From positions 1 through 64,000 of the forward strand of contig JBIKUX010000011.1 in assembly GCA_044347345.1 (NCBI GenBank): a stretch of DNA of 64,000 bases, read 5' to 3'. The stretch's first letter is position 1, and each line of letters begins with the position of its first letter. Position numbers and translations under genes: made by a program. Positions 18,913 to 29,732 of this stretch are shown one piece after another. The DNA comes from Bdellovibrionota bacterium (GTDB lineage: Bacteria; Bdellovibrionota_C; UBA2361; JBIKUX01). The notes beneath the pieces were generated by a model. The model made no database searches and was not told the origin of the DNA. It was given only the letters and a program-made list of their open reading frames with translations.

Positions 18913-19494
18913 TTATCTAAACGGAATTCCTCCTACCCAAATAACTAAGCTCCTTCTTATCCCAGAAGTTACGGGGGTTACTCTATGCATTAAATAGCTA
19001 GGAAAAACAATTGTGAATCCCTTATGTTTGTGAGCCCGTATTATTGATGATCCTCCTTGCCAAATTTCAAGTTCGCCACCTGAATACTCCTCAGGGTCAC
19101 TTAACTGAATAGTCATTGATATTTTTCGTAGACATGCTTGCCCTGCACCTATGTCCATGTGCCAGTCGTAGTGGCCGTTGTTAATAGCCTCATATTCTGT
19201 GTATTGAATGTGCTCATTACCGCTTATAAGATCGAATCTCCAGAGAGCAGAATTGGCCTCGATAATCATATCTCGCATACGATCAAAAACCCAACTCCAC
19301 TCGGCTGTGTTAGTTAGCCAAACTAGTCGAGACTCCCGTATTGATTGATTTATCTGATTTTGCCCATCAATGGTTGCCCTTTGAGGTAGTGAGTTAGCAG
19401 CATTAGCCCGTATTAATTCAACTTCAAGATCGGAAAACCCATTGGAAAAATAATATAAATTTGTTGGGTCATTAAGTTTTGGATCAAATTTCAT
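18913..19494 (-). CDS. 2OG-Fe(II) oxygenase (PKHD/prolyl-hydroxylase-like)
   Basis: WHMD (HxD), RKIS..QLS..YSGGEL, FPSYLMHRVTPVTSGIRRSLV. Confidence 0.9.
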   Translation of the reverse strand: MKFDPKLNDPTNLYYFSNGFSDLEVELIRANAANSLPQRATIDGQNQINQSIRESRLVWLTNTAEWSWVFDRMRDMIIEANSALWRFDLISGNEHIQYTEYEAINNGHYDWHMDIGAGQACLRKISMTIQLSDPEEYSGGELEIWQGGSSIIRAHKHKGFTIVFPSYLMHRVTPVTSGIRRSLVIWVGGIPFR

Positions 19495-19926
19495 GGTTTG
19501 ATGATTCTAAAATTATATCTTTCCAAAATTACATAGCGTTTAGTTAGGTAAAGAGCGCGATTCTATCGTTTCGAATATGATGAAACTCGATTCTTTTTCG
19601 GAGCGGACTTGATTGCTTTGAGTTCTGTAAAACGGAAAGACTACAGCATTTTCTTCAATTCGATATTTAATGATAAATAACCTAAACGATGCCTTTATTT
19701 TCCTAAATAAAGAATTGGACTAGGATTGAGAGAAGATTAGCTTCTTTTTAATTAGGATGATCAGCTAAACCTTTTTTTGTTTCTGATATGAATCATTTAC
19801 ATATTTGTGTTACTAGCGATTATAGAAGATGGTTGAAAATTAGTGAGTATTTGTTTTATGTGTAGTTGTCTTAGTATCGTTGGTTAGTCACATTTCTTAG
19901 AATAGTAGGAACAAAGATTTTGATTG

Positions 19927-20670
19927 TTATCGCTCTTCTTTCAGTGATCTAATAGCATTATCAAATTCGGCAACGATATTTTCGCTATCTGCATAAGGTT
20001 CAATCCATTCTCCAATTTCTTGAGTTGAGGGCACTTTTTTTCTAAGTTCTAGAATAGATTGATCAGAACTTAAATTTTTTATATCTGAGCTAAGTTCTGT
20101 TAAATATTCAGAATCTCCGAGATAGTTAGAAATGAAGGATCGTAATTGTTGTTCTCCCTCTTTAATAGATAGATTTGGAAATTTATCTTCAATAATGGTA
20201 ATGGAACGGTAGTATGCGTCTTTCAGTTGATCTTCAGTACGTTCAAACTCTGCTTTGAAAATGTCAATCAGTTCATCACTCTTAGGTATCTGACTTAAAT
20301 CAAACTGCAAGATAGATTCAGGAGCATTAAAATCAATGTACTCTAACTCTAGAAGGTTGAGTTTTACTGTTTTATCCTTAGCTGTCGGGGAAGTTTTTGA
20401 TATAGAAAACTTAGGAACTAAAAATTTCTTATCTATATAATCTTCAAGTTCACTAAAATATGTAGTATCACGTTCATGTTTTGTTGTTTTATTTCGAGAT
20501 AAAGGGGTAATAATACTAACGATGCCTCTCTGTGACGATGTATTATCATTAATATCGGAGTTTTTTAGTTTAGTTATATAGTCAGGGAATATAGACCCGA
20601 TAAGACAACAGAAAAGAATAAACCAAAACCAAAATTGGGTAGTTTGTGAAGGAACCGATAGGCGCTTCAT
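19927..20670 (-). CDS. Hypothetical protein with N-terminal membrane anchor
   Basis: 247 aa ORF with one hydrophobic segment (FWFWFILFCCLIGSIF), then an acidic helical domain; no family recognised. Confidence 0.6.
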   Translation of the reverse strand: MKRLSVPSQTTQFWFWFILFCCLIGSIFPDYITKLKNSDINDNTSSQRGIVSIITPLSRNKTTKHERDTTYFSELEDYIDKKFLVPKFSISKTSPTAKDKTVKLNLLELEYIDFNAPESILQFDLSQIPKSDELIDIFKAEFERTEDQLKDAYYRSITIIEDKFPNLSIKEGEQQLRSFISNYLGDSEYLTELSSDIKNLSSDQSILELRKKVPSTQEIGEWIEPYADSENIVAEFDNAIRSLKEER

Positions 20671-20726
20671 TATATACTAAAACTCTCTAACTATTAATTT
20701 ATACTAAAGATGAAGAAGGATATTAA

Positions 20727-21920
20727 TTATGGTGATGAAAAAGCACCGAGAGTTACAGCACGAGTAGCCCCAGTTACTGAAGGTATCGAAGTGTTGAAAC
20801 CAAAAGTCGCATCATTTGCAAGTAAAGCCCATATCATAGCCTCTCGTGCCTGAGCAGGTATGCCAAATTCATCGGAGATACGAACTTTTGTCTCAGGAAG
20901 ATGGTATTGAATTCGTTCAATAAGGTAAGTATTTCGACTTCCCCCACCCGCAACAATAATTTCATGGAGAGTATTTTGAACCCATTTTTTAAGGGAATCA
21001 CTTATCGAAAGAGCAACAAATTCTGTAATTGTAGTAAGTAAATTTGTATCTACCCTACCGTTGTTGTACTCAATACAACTTTGAACAAAACTGTTTCCAT
21101 AAGTTTCAAATCCGGCTGATTTAGGTGGGCATAGTTGTAAATATTTATCACTAGTCATTAATTTCTCTAGTAGAGGCTTAATGATTTGTCCTTGACGAGC
21201 AAGTTCTCCACCCTCATCAAATAGTTGAGTGCCATTTGTTAAAATAGTTATTATGCGGTCGATAGGGGCATTTGCTGGTCCGGTATCAAATCCAATTGTC
21301 GGCTTATTAAGCCCATTAAATACGGAAATATTGGCTATGCCTCCAAGATTTAATACACCCCAAGGTAGTTTTTCGCTTTGGTAAAGAATTTGGTCTCCAT
21401 ACGGAGAAAGTGGCGCTCCTTCACCCCCAGCAGCGATATCTTTGACACGAAAGTTTGATACTACCGGCACTCCTAGCTGATAAGCTAAGCGGTCTCCACA
21501 ACAAAGTTGTAATGTGGCATGTTTTGTTCCAGGCTGTCGGCTATGATGATAGATTGTTTGACCATGACAGCCTATAAGATCAATGTCTGTTGTAGGTATA
21601 GTCGCAGCTTTACATGCGTCTCTAATAGCTACTGCATAAGAATCAGTTATTTCTTGTTCCAACTCTGCCAGAGTTTGTAGGTTTAAGTTGTGTAAGGTTA
21701 ATATAGAATTTCTTATGGCTGTAGGATACGCGCAAGAAAAAAGATAAAGTAACGTAATTTTTGCTCCGCTATCTCCTTCATGTATTTTTGGTCCAGCACC
21801 AGTAATGCGACAAATCGCTACGTCAATACCATCAACACTTGTGCCAGACATAACGCCAACGACTAACCTTGTGGGTTTGTGGCGAATTGCCTCAAGTTGA
21901 AGGGATAGTGGAGTATTCAT
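20727..21920 (-). CDS. anmK: Anhydro-N-acetylmuramic acid kinase
   Basis: GVMSGTSVDGID, GCHGQT, GGEGAPL, NLGGIAN, DTGPAN, GGG..N, EA. Confidence 0.96.
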   Translation of the reverse strand: MNTPLSLQLEAIRHKPTRLVVGVMSGTSVDGIDVAICRITGAGPKIHEGDSGAKITLLYLFSCAYPTAIRNSILTLHNLNLQTLAELEQEITDSYAVAIRDACKAATIPTTDIDLIGCHGQTIYHHSRQPGTKHATLQLCCGDRLAYQLGVPVVSNFRVKDIAAGGEGAPLSPYGDQILYQSEKLPWGVLNLGGIANISVFNGLNKPTIGFDTGPANAPIDRIITILTNGTQLFDEGGELARQGQIIKPLLEKLMTSDKYLQLCPPKSAGFETYGNSFVQSCIEYNNGRVDTNLLTTITEFVALSISDSLKKWVQNTLHEIIVAGGGSRNTYLIERIQYHLPETKVRISDEFGIPAQAREAMIWALLANDATFGFNTSIPSVTGATRAVTLGAFSSP

Positions 21921-21958
21921 GTAAATTGAGCCTTTTAAACTAAAACTGCCAGGTTAGC

Positions 21959-22696
21959 ATGGAAAAAGAAGAGATTACTGTAAAGGTAGAAAACAATCCA
22001 AATCCATTTCAGAAGAAAGTCCATAAAGCTCTAATAACCGGAGAGTTACCGATTATTGGATCTAATACCGAAATATTAGACAGTTTTTCCAAAGAACGGT
22101 TTAAGAGTATATTAACCCGATTTAATCGTTGCGTAGTTGAACTAGGTTGTGGCTCAAGTCGGCATCTAATAGCTCAGGCTACTATAACACCTGATACTGT
22201 TTTTCTTGGGATAGATCTCAGATTTAAACGAATTTATCGATCAGCGGAAAAAACTAGGAAGCTCGGTTTAAATAATCTTTTCTTCCTTCGAACTAATGCT
22301 AAATTTCTTGGGGAATTATTCTTAGATGAGAGCGGTAAGATTCAGCAAAGATTACTAGATGGTATATATATGCACTTCCCTGACCCTTGGGGAAAATCCA
22401 GATGGCACAAAAACAGGATGTTTTCTCAAAATTTTCTTAATTTAGCGTCACAAATATTAAGGGAAAACGGCTGGATCTCTTTCATGACAGATCATGAGGG
22501 TTATTTTCAAGATTCATTAAGATTATTGAATAATAATAATAATGATTTTTTGATTGATCATTCGGTTTGTAATGTAAACATAGAAGATGTAGCAAATCCT
22601 TATTTTTTAAGTGATTTTGGGCTTCTTTTCAGGTCAAAAGGTATACCAGTAAACCACTTTATTGCCCGTTTAATAAATAAATCTAATCGTCCCTAG
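21959..22696 (+). CDS. trmB: tRNA (guanine-N7) methyltransferase
   Basis: ELGCG, FPDPW.K.RWHKNR, MTDH..YF. Confidence 0.9.
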   Translation: MEKEEITVKVENNPNPFQKKVHKALITGELPIIGSNTEILDSFSKERFKSILTRFNRCVVELGCGSSRHLIAQATITPDTVFLGIDLRFKRIYRSAEKTRKLGLNNLFFLRTNAKFLGELFLDESGKIQQRLLDGIYMHFPDPWGKSRWHKNRMFSQNFLNLASQILRENGWISFMTDHEGYFQDSLRLLNNNNNDFLIDHSVCNVNIEDVANPYFLSDFGLLFRSKGIPVNHFIARLINKSNRP

Positions 22697-22772
22697 CATT
22701 CTTCAGGTATACTTTGTGAAGGTATGCGCATCTTAAGTATTAGATAAAAGTTTAAGAAACAGTGGTTCATAA

Positions 22773-22982
22773 TTGGATAATGCCATGGCAAAGCATAAAG
22801 AATCGAGTGACTCCACTTTAGAGATGATTGAGACCACCATTGGCGAGCTAATAGAGATAATTACCGAGATAGCTCTTGAATCAGGAAAGTCAGAAGCTGA
22901 AGGATATCAACTTGCTTCGGCTACACTTGAACATATTATGCGAAAGAGTCAACGTAATTATTTACTGATTCAATCTCATTAA
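22773..22982 (+). CDS. Small acidic hypothetical protein (likely start ATG 22785)
   Basis: Co-oriented between trmB and the ABC ATPase; amphipathic helical pattern TTIGELIEIITEIA. Confidence 0.6.
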   Translation: MDNAMAKHKESSDSTLEMIETTIGELIEIITEIALESGKSEAEGYQLASATLEHIMRKSQRNYLLIQSH

Positions 22983-23015
22983 CTACTTAATCTGATAAAT
23001 TTAGGTCAGCTTCTT

Positions 23016-23789
23016 ATGAATGAGAATGCTAACTTTCTGGTTGTCCAACAACTAACAAGAAAGTTTGGTAGTAAAGAGGTTGTTCGAGGCATATCATTTT
23101 CTATTGAAAAAGGTGAAATATTTGGGCTCTTGGGAATAAACGGAGCTGGTAAAACTACCACCTTACGAATCATAAGTGGAATCATTAAAGGATCGTCAGG
23201 CATTGTAAAGATAGATAACAAGCTTTTTTCCCCTGACTCGTACGATTTAAAAACTTTAGTAGGTTATATACCTGATCGTCCTCATCTTTATCCAAAGTTA
23301 ACAGCCATTGAGCTTCTTACGTTTGTAGGACATTTGTATAAACTTTCAAAAAATATAATTAAAGAGCGAAGTAAAATGCTATTAGCTGAATTTTCTCTTG
23401 AAGAGAATAAGAACTCAAGAATAGAGCATCTGTCTCATGGTATGAAGCAAAGGCTTTCGACATGCGCTGCGTTATTACATTCACCAAAGCTTTTGGTAAT
23501 TGATGAACCAATGGTAGGTCTTGATCCTCACGGAGCATTATTTCTTCGAAATAAATTACGCGCATGCGCTAACGAAGGTATGGCAATTCTTCTTTCTACT
23601 CATACTTTATCAGCAGCTGAAGTGTTGTGTGATAGGTTCGGTATAATGGACAAAGGAGCTTTAGTACTATCAGGCACATTAGCAGAATTACAAGAAGCAA
23701 GTGGCAATGCTCTTGCTTCTCTTGAGACAATTTTTTTATCTGCTACAGGTTCTTCAACCAATTATGGTTCTCTTGAAGGTAATGTTTAA
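23016..23789 (+). CDS. ABC transporter ATP-binding protein (exporter type)
   Basis: Walker A GINGAGKT, signature LSHGMKQR, Walker B LVIDEP, STH. Confidence 0.95.
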   Translation: MNENANFLVVQQLTRKFGSKEVVRGISFSIEKGEIFGLLGINGAGKTTTLRIISGIIKGSSGIVKIDNKLFSPDSYDLKTLVGYIPDRPHLYPKLTAIELLTFVGHLYKLSKNIIKERSKMLLAEFSLEENKNSRIEHLSHGMKQRLSTCAALLHSPKLLVIDEPMVGLDPHGALFLRNKLRACANEGMAILLSTHTLSAAEVLCDRFGIMDKGALVLSGTLAELQEASGNALASLETIFLSATGSSTNYGSLEGNV

Positions 23790-25446
23790 CAATCCTCGTT
23801 TAATATCAATTAGCCGAGTATTTACTTATGGTAGCAACATTACTGCTAGGAACGTATCTTTTTATGCGGTATTGGCGAGTTTATCCCTTATTTTATTCGG
23901 ACTTTTTTTATGTTCATGGCGAGGAACAACCGAATTGTATCGACGACTACCTAGCGCTATTATTCCCCCAGAGTTAATAATTTCAGGCATTTTTTCCTTT
24001 GGCGGGGCGCTTCTTGTTGTATCCAATGTAGTTGTTTGTCTCAATATATTCTTCTTTTCACACGACTTAGAAAGAATCTTAGGTTCTCCTCGTCCAATAA
24101 GTTTAATTATAGGAGATAGATTTTTAGAAACTCTAATATTTGCCAGTTGGATGCCTTTTCTATTGTTTTGTACTGTACTTTTTGGATTAGGCTTAGGTGC
24201 AAAACTAAATCTAATGTTCTTTGTAGCTATTATACCAGTAATTATTTTGTTTCTTCTGGTACCTACGGCTATTATTTTAATCTTAGTTACTTTTTCACTT
24301 CTTTTAGTATCGAGAATCAGTCTACGGTACATATATGCAATTGTAGCTGTAATATTGCTTGGAATATTTTATGGCCTTACTAATGTAGTAGTATATACTA
24401 CATTTAAAATTGATTCTTTTGATAATATATTTCAATCTTTTAAAACGTTTTCTTTTTATGACACATGGTGGTCTATTCCTGCGCTGGTAGCTAAGGCTCT
24501 AGTTTCTCCTGGGACAAATTGGCCTGATTTAGAAAAATTCGCAAATTTATTAATTATAAGTAGTTTAATCACCCTAATCAGTATTTGTATTCTTACTTAC
24601 CTATATCGACCAGCTTATGAGGCTGCACAAAGTATATCTTATTTTAGAAAGAATACTCGTGAGCGAGTAAGTTTATTAGCATTTATTTTATTTGGGCGAG
24701 AAAGTACTAAGATAGGCTATCCTGGAAGAGCAGTAATTTTTAAGGAAATACTTACCTTATATCGGGAACCTTCTCACTTACTACAAATGATTATAGTACT
24801 CTCTTTATGGGGAGTTTATATTTACAATCTACAATTTTTAGCATCAGCGAATAGCTCACTTTTTTTTTCTCGTCAGATTTGGCTTTTCGTATCGCTATCT
24901 ATTCATATCATTTTAAGCCAGTGTGTATGTATCGCGTTTGTAAATAGATTTGTATATCCATCCGTATCTCTTGAAAGTCATGCGTTTTGGGTTATTCAGT
25001 CATCGTCTTTGTCCTTTAAAAAATATTTGAAGGCAAAATTTATTTTATGGAGCTGTATCGTCGCATCTCTTAATGCATTATCGGTCGGGTTTGGAGCTTC
25101 TTTTTTGACCTCATGGGCACCTTTAATATTTTTGTGTTCCATTTTAGGTGCTTTACTGGGAGTTGTCTTTGTTGTGTTAGGACTTGTGTTGGGCACTAAA
25201 TTCGCTGTATTTTCCTGGGAGCATATACCTGAGATTACAGCAAGCCCTGGCAGTGTATTCTTTTTTTTCTCTGCTATTAGTTGGCTTATTTTAGCAGGTG
25301 CTACTATTATACTGTCTTTGTACGCGATAATAGTTACTTCTTATTCATTTTTTATGGTTAGTTTAGCTCTTATATTACTTAACAGTATCGCTTTGCTAAT
25401 ACTTTTTTACAGTCTTATAAACAAAAAGCTAACTAGCCTCTTTTAG
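23782..25446 (+). CDS. ABC exporter permease with two membrane modules
   Basis: Highly hydrophobic; DLERILGSP, KE..LYREP, SVSLE..FW. The in-frame ATG 23782 overlaps the end of the ATPase gene and is preferred over GTG 23701. Confidence 0.8.
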   Translation: MFNNPRLISISRVFTYGSNITARNVSFYAVLASLSLILFGLFLCSWRGTTELYRRLPSAIIPPELIISGIFSFGGALLVVSNVVVCLNIFFFSHDLERILGSPRPISLIIGDRFLETLIFASWMPFLLFCTVLFGLGLGAKLNLMFFVAIIPVIILFLLVPTAIILILVTFSLLLVSRISLRYIYAIVAVILLGIFYGLTNVVVYTTFKIDSFDNIFQSFKTFSFYDTWWSIPALVAKALVSPGTNWPDLEKFANLLIISSLITLISICILTYLYRPAYEAAQSISYFRKNTRERVSLLAFILFGRESTKIGYPGRAVIFKEILTLYREPSHLLQMIIVLSLWGVYIYNLQFLASANSSLFFSRQIWLFVSLSIHIILSQCVCIAFVNRFVYPSVSLESHAFWVIQSSSLSFKKYLKAKFILWSCIVASLNALSVGFGASFLTSWAPLIFLCSILGALLGVVFVVLGLVLGTKFAVFSWEHIPEITASPGSVFFFFSAISWLILAGATIILSLYAIIVTSYSFFMVSLALILLNSIALLILFYSLINKKLTSLF

Positions 25447-26221
25447 AGAAATCTACTGGGATTTTCTGGTCAAAAAGAGTCGAATTTATGGATGAGTTTA
25501 TTTCGGCTGAGACTAATTCTCCGTGTGCTGTCGATGAATCTCGGTGAGAAATTATTTTAATTGAATTTGGAACGGATACTGATGTCTTATTGATCTGAAT
25601 AGGAGAACCATACTCTATGGAGAAAATTATTTTTTCATTAAATGAATCTTTAACCTCTGCATAACTACAGAGTAATGTGCTTTTGTTGATTTTCCATAAA
25701 TAACCTCCACGAGATACGCTATATGAATCCCCAATACTTCTTATTTGCACAGCGTTAAGATACCGAGCTGGGATGCGTCCGACAAATAGTGACATTAGTT
25801 CACGTTCGCTAGCTGATACTTTTAGGAATTGATTGAAAAAATCGCTTTCAGCACTCCCTTGATAAGCTTTTTTGTTTGGTACATCTAAATAAGTTGCCAC
25901 TCCTTGTCGAGCAACTAAAAGAGATATAGTAGCAACTCCTACTAAAGGCAGTGCCTCTATTCGAAGTTTATCGGGTTTTTGAAAAACTACCGCTTGCCTA
26001 GCTTTCCATGATTCTTTTTTATGTTCAAAGGAGGAGCGATATAGACCTCTAAAGGACTTAATTTCCTCATCCTTATCTACAAGCATTTGAGCTACCTGAT
26101 ATTCTTCGTGTGGAGATATGGGAGTGCCACGAGGAATTGAAGAATTTTGCATGGCGTGAATACCACAACCAGTTACTCCCAGGTTAATTGCTATAAGTAT
26201 AAAAGTGAGTAAGGATTTCAT
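25433..26221 (-). CDS. Lipoprotein, LolB/DUF4292-like
   Basis: Lipobox VTGC, FQKPDKLRIE motif, and position immediately downstream of a TPR gene. Confidence 0.6.
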   Translation of the reverse strand: MKSLLTFILIAINLGVTGCGIHAMQNSSIPRGTPISPHEEYQVAQMLVDKDEEIKSFRGLYRSSFEHKKESWKARQAVVFQKPDKLRIEALPLVGVATISLLVARQGVATYLDVPNKKAYQGSAESDFFNQFLKVSASERELMSLFVGRIPARYLNAVQIRSIGDSYSVSRGGYLWKINKSTLLCSYAEVKDSFNEKIIFSIEYGSPIQINKTSVSVPNSIKIISHRDSSTAHGELVSAEINSSINSTLFDQKIPVDFSKRG

Positions 26222-26231
26222 TAAAAGTTTT

Positions 26232-28193
26232 TTATTTAAGGATTTTTAGTTTTTTTTGAAGATTTTCCAGTAATCTTTGCGCTTCAGTGTCGCGATTTTC
26301 TTTCTCTTCAAGAATTTTAAGGGCTTTTTTAAATAAGGTTTGTGCTTTTTTCTCCTTTCCGAGTGAAGTATACACATCAGCTAGATGATCAAGCAGTACA
26401 GGATCTTCAGGTGAGACAAGAGAAATAGCTTTTTTCAATGTTTCTAGCGCTTTTTGATATTCCTTTCTCTTGAAATAGATCCATCCGAGAGTATCCAAAA
26501 AGTATGGATCAAGTGGTCTGTTTTTAAGTGCTCGTTCAATCCTTTCTAGGGCTTGGTTAAGATTTTTGCCGGCCTCTGCATTAGCATATGCTAAGTAATT
26601 TAAGGCTTCAGGATGGTTACTATCGATGTCGAGTACGTTTAGCATAGTTTGTTCGGCTTTCTTTTCATTACCATTCTCAAAAAGGATCATGCCGTAATCA
26701 AATAAAAGCTTAGTATCTGTTGGACGAAATTTTAGCAATTGCTCAGCTTCTTCTACCGCTTGAGAAAGTTTTCCGGCTTCTCGCAAAATTGAGATTAAAT
26801 AGTGACGTAGCTGAGGGAGAGTAGGTGATTGAGATATGCCGTCTCGTAATACTTGCTCGGCTGAGGAGAGGTTGCCGGTTTCTCTTATCAGGAAGCTCGC
26901 AAACATCCTACTTCGTTCATATAAATTGCTAGAAGGTGGTACAGCAAGGAGATCCTGAAGCGCATCTTCTGTGCGGCCTAGGCCAGCATAGATTGTGCCT
27001 CGATAAAATCTAGCTTCTGCATGTTGAGGGTTAGCAGCTAAGATTAGCGATAATTCAACCTCAGCTTCTAGTGGACGTTTTCGTTCAAGATGAAGTAGCG
27101 CTATTTGAAGTCTTGTCTCTGTGGCATCCTCTTCAGACCTTTCGACAATTTGAAGATGCGATAAAGCTTCATCCCACTTCTTTTCATCCGCAAGTAAGAT
27201 GCCGAGAATTCTTCTTGCTTCTAAATGTTCTGGTTGTGTTCCTAGTATCTCTTCACATACTGCTTGAGCTTTTTTAGTGTGGCCACTTTTTAAGAGTATT
27301 CTGATTAATTCTAGACCAATTCGACTATTTCCCTGACCGTTCTTCCAAGCCTTTTGGAAGGCTTTTGTAGCTTTTTTAATCTGGCCTAATTGTTCAAAAC
27401 CTCTACCTAAGAGCAGATAAATTGTAGGCTCATCTGGAAAAGAAATGGCTAGTTTTTCGAGTAAATTAATTGCTTCATTAGTTCGATCTAGTCTTAAATA
27501 AAGGCTCGCCGTAACAAGATAAATTTCAGTTGTATTCGGATATTCTTTAATTAGGCGTTCGTACAGAACTAGTGCTTCTTGCAATTTGCCTTGTGCGTCG
27601 AGAACACCGGCATGTAGAGTTAAAATATTAGGATCATTGGGACGAGCACTAAGAGCCCGCGAGCTTTCTTGATATGCTTGGTTTAAATCACCGGCGCGAA
27701 GAGCAAGTTCAGCAAGGCGCAGTCGTAATGCTGGAGCCTCAATATTTTTTAACAGACGGCTAGCTTCTTTAAATTGAGTCAGAGCATCTTGGTAATTCTC
27801 TTTATTATAGAGAAGTTGACCTATAATATATGCGTGAAGCCCGATTGATCTCTCTTGAATGGAGGAGTCTTGTAAATAAGAGCTAGATAAAGAAGTATCA
27901 GGCCAATTTTTAGAAAATGGCTTTACTGAAGTTATCCGACTACAGCCTAGTCCACAGGAGCCTAGTCCGCAGGCTCCAAGTATATAGCAAGAGAAAATAA
28001 ATAATTTCCAGTAGGATTGGTTATTTAACTCTAGGTCAAATAGCGCTTGTTTGATTGACTTTGTCATAGTAGATGCTGTTTTTATCAACGTCTCTTTATC
28101 TATCATACCAGTCATAACTGACAGGTAATAATAGAGAGTACAAGATGACCTAAAGTAAAATGGCTCAATTTGCGCGTATACGATAGATAACAA
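26232..28193 (-). CDS. Tetratricopeptide-repeat envelope protein (true start probably downstream, near 28115)
   Basis: Many TPRs; ALNYLAY..LDTLGWIYFK..DHLADVY C-terminal pattern. Confidence 0.9.
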   Translation of the reverse strand: MLSIVYAQIEPFYFRSSCTLYYYLSVMTGMIDKETLIKTASTMTKSIKQALFDLELNNQSYWKLFIFSCYILGACGLGSCGLGCSRITSVKPFSKNWPDTSLSSSYLQDSSIQERSIGLHAYIIGQLLYNKENYQDALTQFKEASRLLKNIEAPALRLRLAELALRAGDLNQAYQESSRALSARPNDPNILTLHAGVLDAQGKLQEALVLYERLIKEYPNTTEIYLVTASLYLRLDRTNEAINLLEKLAISFPDEPTIYLLLGRGFEQLGQIKKATKAFQKAWKNGQGNSRIGLELIRILLKSGHTKKAQAVCEEILGTQPEHLEARRILGILLADEKKWDEALSHLQIVERSEEDATETRLQIALLHLERKRPLEAEVELSLILAANPQHAEARFYRGTIYAGLGRTEDALQDLLAVPPSSNLYERSRMFASFLIRETGNLSSAEQVLRDGISQSPTLPQLRHYLISILREAGKLSQAVEEAEQLLKFRPTDTKLLFDYGMILFENGNEKKAEQTMLNVLDIDSNHPEALNYLAYANAEAGKNLNQALERIERALKNRPLDPYFLDTLGWIYFKRKEYQKALETLKKAISLVSPEDPVLLDHLADVYTSLGKEKKAQTLFKKALKILEEKENRDTEAQRLLENLQKKLKILK

Positions 28194-28226
28194 TAATAAA
28201 TCACCAAGAGGTTAACAGAGGATACC

Positions 28227-29093
28227 ATGGATTTAAAACGAGGCTTAGCTAACATGTTGTGTAATGGCGTTATAATGGACGTCATAGATGTCGATGAGGC
28301 TCGCATAGCTGAAGATGCTGGAGCAGTGGCTGTAATGGCTCTTGAGCGTGTGCCATCAGATATTCGAAAACAGGGTGGAGTAGCGCGTATGAGCGATCCC
28401 GCTATGATTGAAGAGATTAAGGCCGCTGTGAGTATTCCGGTAATGGCTAAAGTCCGCATAGGCCACACAGCAGAAGCTAATATAATAGAAGCGATTGGTA
28501 TAGATTTTATTGATGAATCTGAAGTTCTTACGCCCGCTGATCCTCAATTTCATATTGATAAATTTGCGTTTCAGACTCCATTTGTATGTGGGGCTTGTAA
28601 TTTGGGTGAAGCTCTTCGTCGGATTAACGAAGGAGCCGCTTTAATTAGAACTAAAGGAGAAGCCGGCACAGGTAATATAATTGAGGCTGTGCGCCACTTA
28701 AGGCAAGTTCATTCTGAACTTGCTTTTATATATCGGGCATCGGATGAAGAAGTTGACCTTAAAGCTGATGAATATCGGGTACCTAGGGAGCTATTGTCTT
28801 TTGTTCGAAGCGAGCGACGTCTTCCAGTACCTAATTTTGCCGCAGGAGGAATAGCAACTCCGGCTGATGCCGCACTTTGTCGACAACTTGGAGCTGAAGC
28901 CGTGTTTGTTGGTTCCGGAATCTTTAAATCTTCTGACCCTTTAAGATTTGCAAAGGCTATTGTTGATGCTAACTGTTACTTCGATGTCCCTAAGAAGTTA
29001 CTTGAAGTTTCAAGGAATTTAGGGTCAGCTATGAGCGGTTTAACTATGGAGGATATTCCTGAAGCTGCGCGCTTAGCTAAACGAGGTTGGTGA
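28227..29093 (+). CDS. pdxS: Pyridoxal 5'-phosphate synthase subunit PdxS
   Basis: [47 protein letters not shown]-terminal RGW. Confidence 0.98.
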   Translation: MDLKRGLANMLCNGVIMDVIDVDEARIAEDAGAVAVMALERVPSDIRKQGGVARMSDPAMIEEIKAAVSIPVMAKVRIGHTAEANIIEAIGIDFIDESEVLTPADPQFHIDKFAFQTPFVCGACNLGEALRRINEGAALIRTKGEAGTGNIIEAVRHLRQVHSELAFIYRASDEEVDLKADEYRVPRELLSFVRSERRLPVPNFAAGGIATPADAALCRQLGAEAVFVGSGIFKSSDPLRFAKAIVDANCYFDVPKKLLEVSRNLGSAMSGLTMEDIPEAARLAKRGW

Positions 29094-29117
29094 TTAATTT
29101 CATAGATTGAGAGTAGT

Positions 29118-29726
29118 TTGAAAATAGAAACAGTAGGTGTATTGGGGCTTCAGGGTTGTGTGACTCCCCATATCTGGCATCTTGAACAACTTAATAGTCT
29201 TGGTGGATTACCTTTTTTGGTCAAGCCACTAGTGGTGAAGTCGCCACAAGATCTTCAGGTATGCAATCGTTTGATATTGCCTGGTGGAGAAAGTAGTACC
29301 GTACTTAAGCTATTAGATAGACTCTCTTTTTTTGAATTGCTTGCTAAATATTGTAGTAGGTATCCTGTTTGGGGTGTGTGTGCAGGTGCTATTCTTTTGT
29401 CTCAGATCGTTGAAAACCCAGTTCAGAGATCCTTAAATGTTGCACCTGTTCGAGCTATAAGAAATTTTTATGGTTCACAACTAGACTCTTTTTCTACCTC
29501 TATTTCTGTTCAGTCTCCGCTAGGAACGGTTGGCAACGAGAGAAAAACGATGGAGGTAGATTTTATTCGTGCTCCCCGTCTTATTGCTTTAAGTGATGAG
29601 GTCGAAGTCTTGGCTGAGATCAAAGATAATACTATTGGTTTGCGCTACAGAAATGTCATTCTTACTGCTTTTCACACTGAGCTTGGAACTGATTCTTATA
29701 TGCACAAGATGTTTGTTTGTTTGTGA
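29118..29726 (+). CDS. pdxT: PLP synthase glutaminase subunit PdxT
   Basis: GVLGLQG, LPGGES, GVCAG, RN.YG.Q.DSF, FIRAP, FHTEL. Confidence 0.95.
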   Translation: MKIETVGVLGLQGCVTPHIWHLEQLNSLGGLPFLVKPLVVKSPQDLQVCNRLILPGGESSTVLKLLDRLSFFELLAKYCSRYPVWGVCAGAILLSQIVENPVQRSLNVAPVRAIRNFYGSQLDSFSTSISVQSPLGTVGNERKTMEVDFIRAPRLIALSDEVEVLAEIKDNTIGLRYRNVILTAFHTELGTDSYMHKMFVCL

Positions 29727-29732
29727 GTAATT

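Noticed and set aside
19530-19720. Stop-free minus-strand stretch upstream of the 2OG-Fe(II) oxygenase
   Set aside because: No ATG, GTG or TTG start follows the upstream stop, and there is no recognisable similarity.
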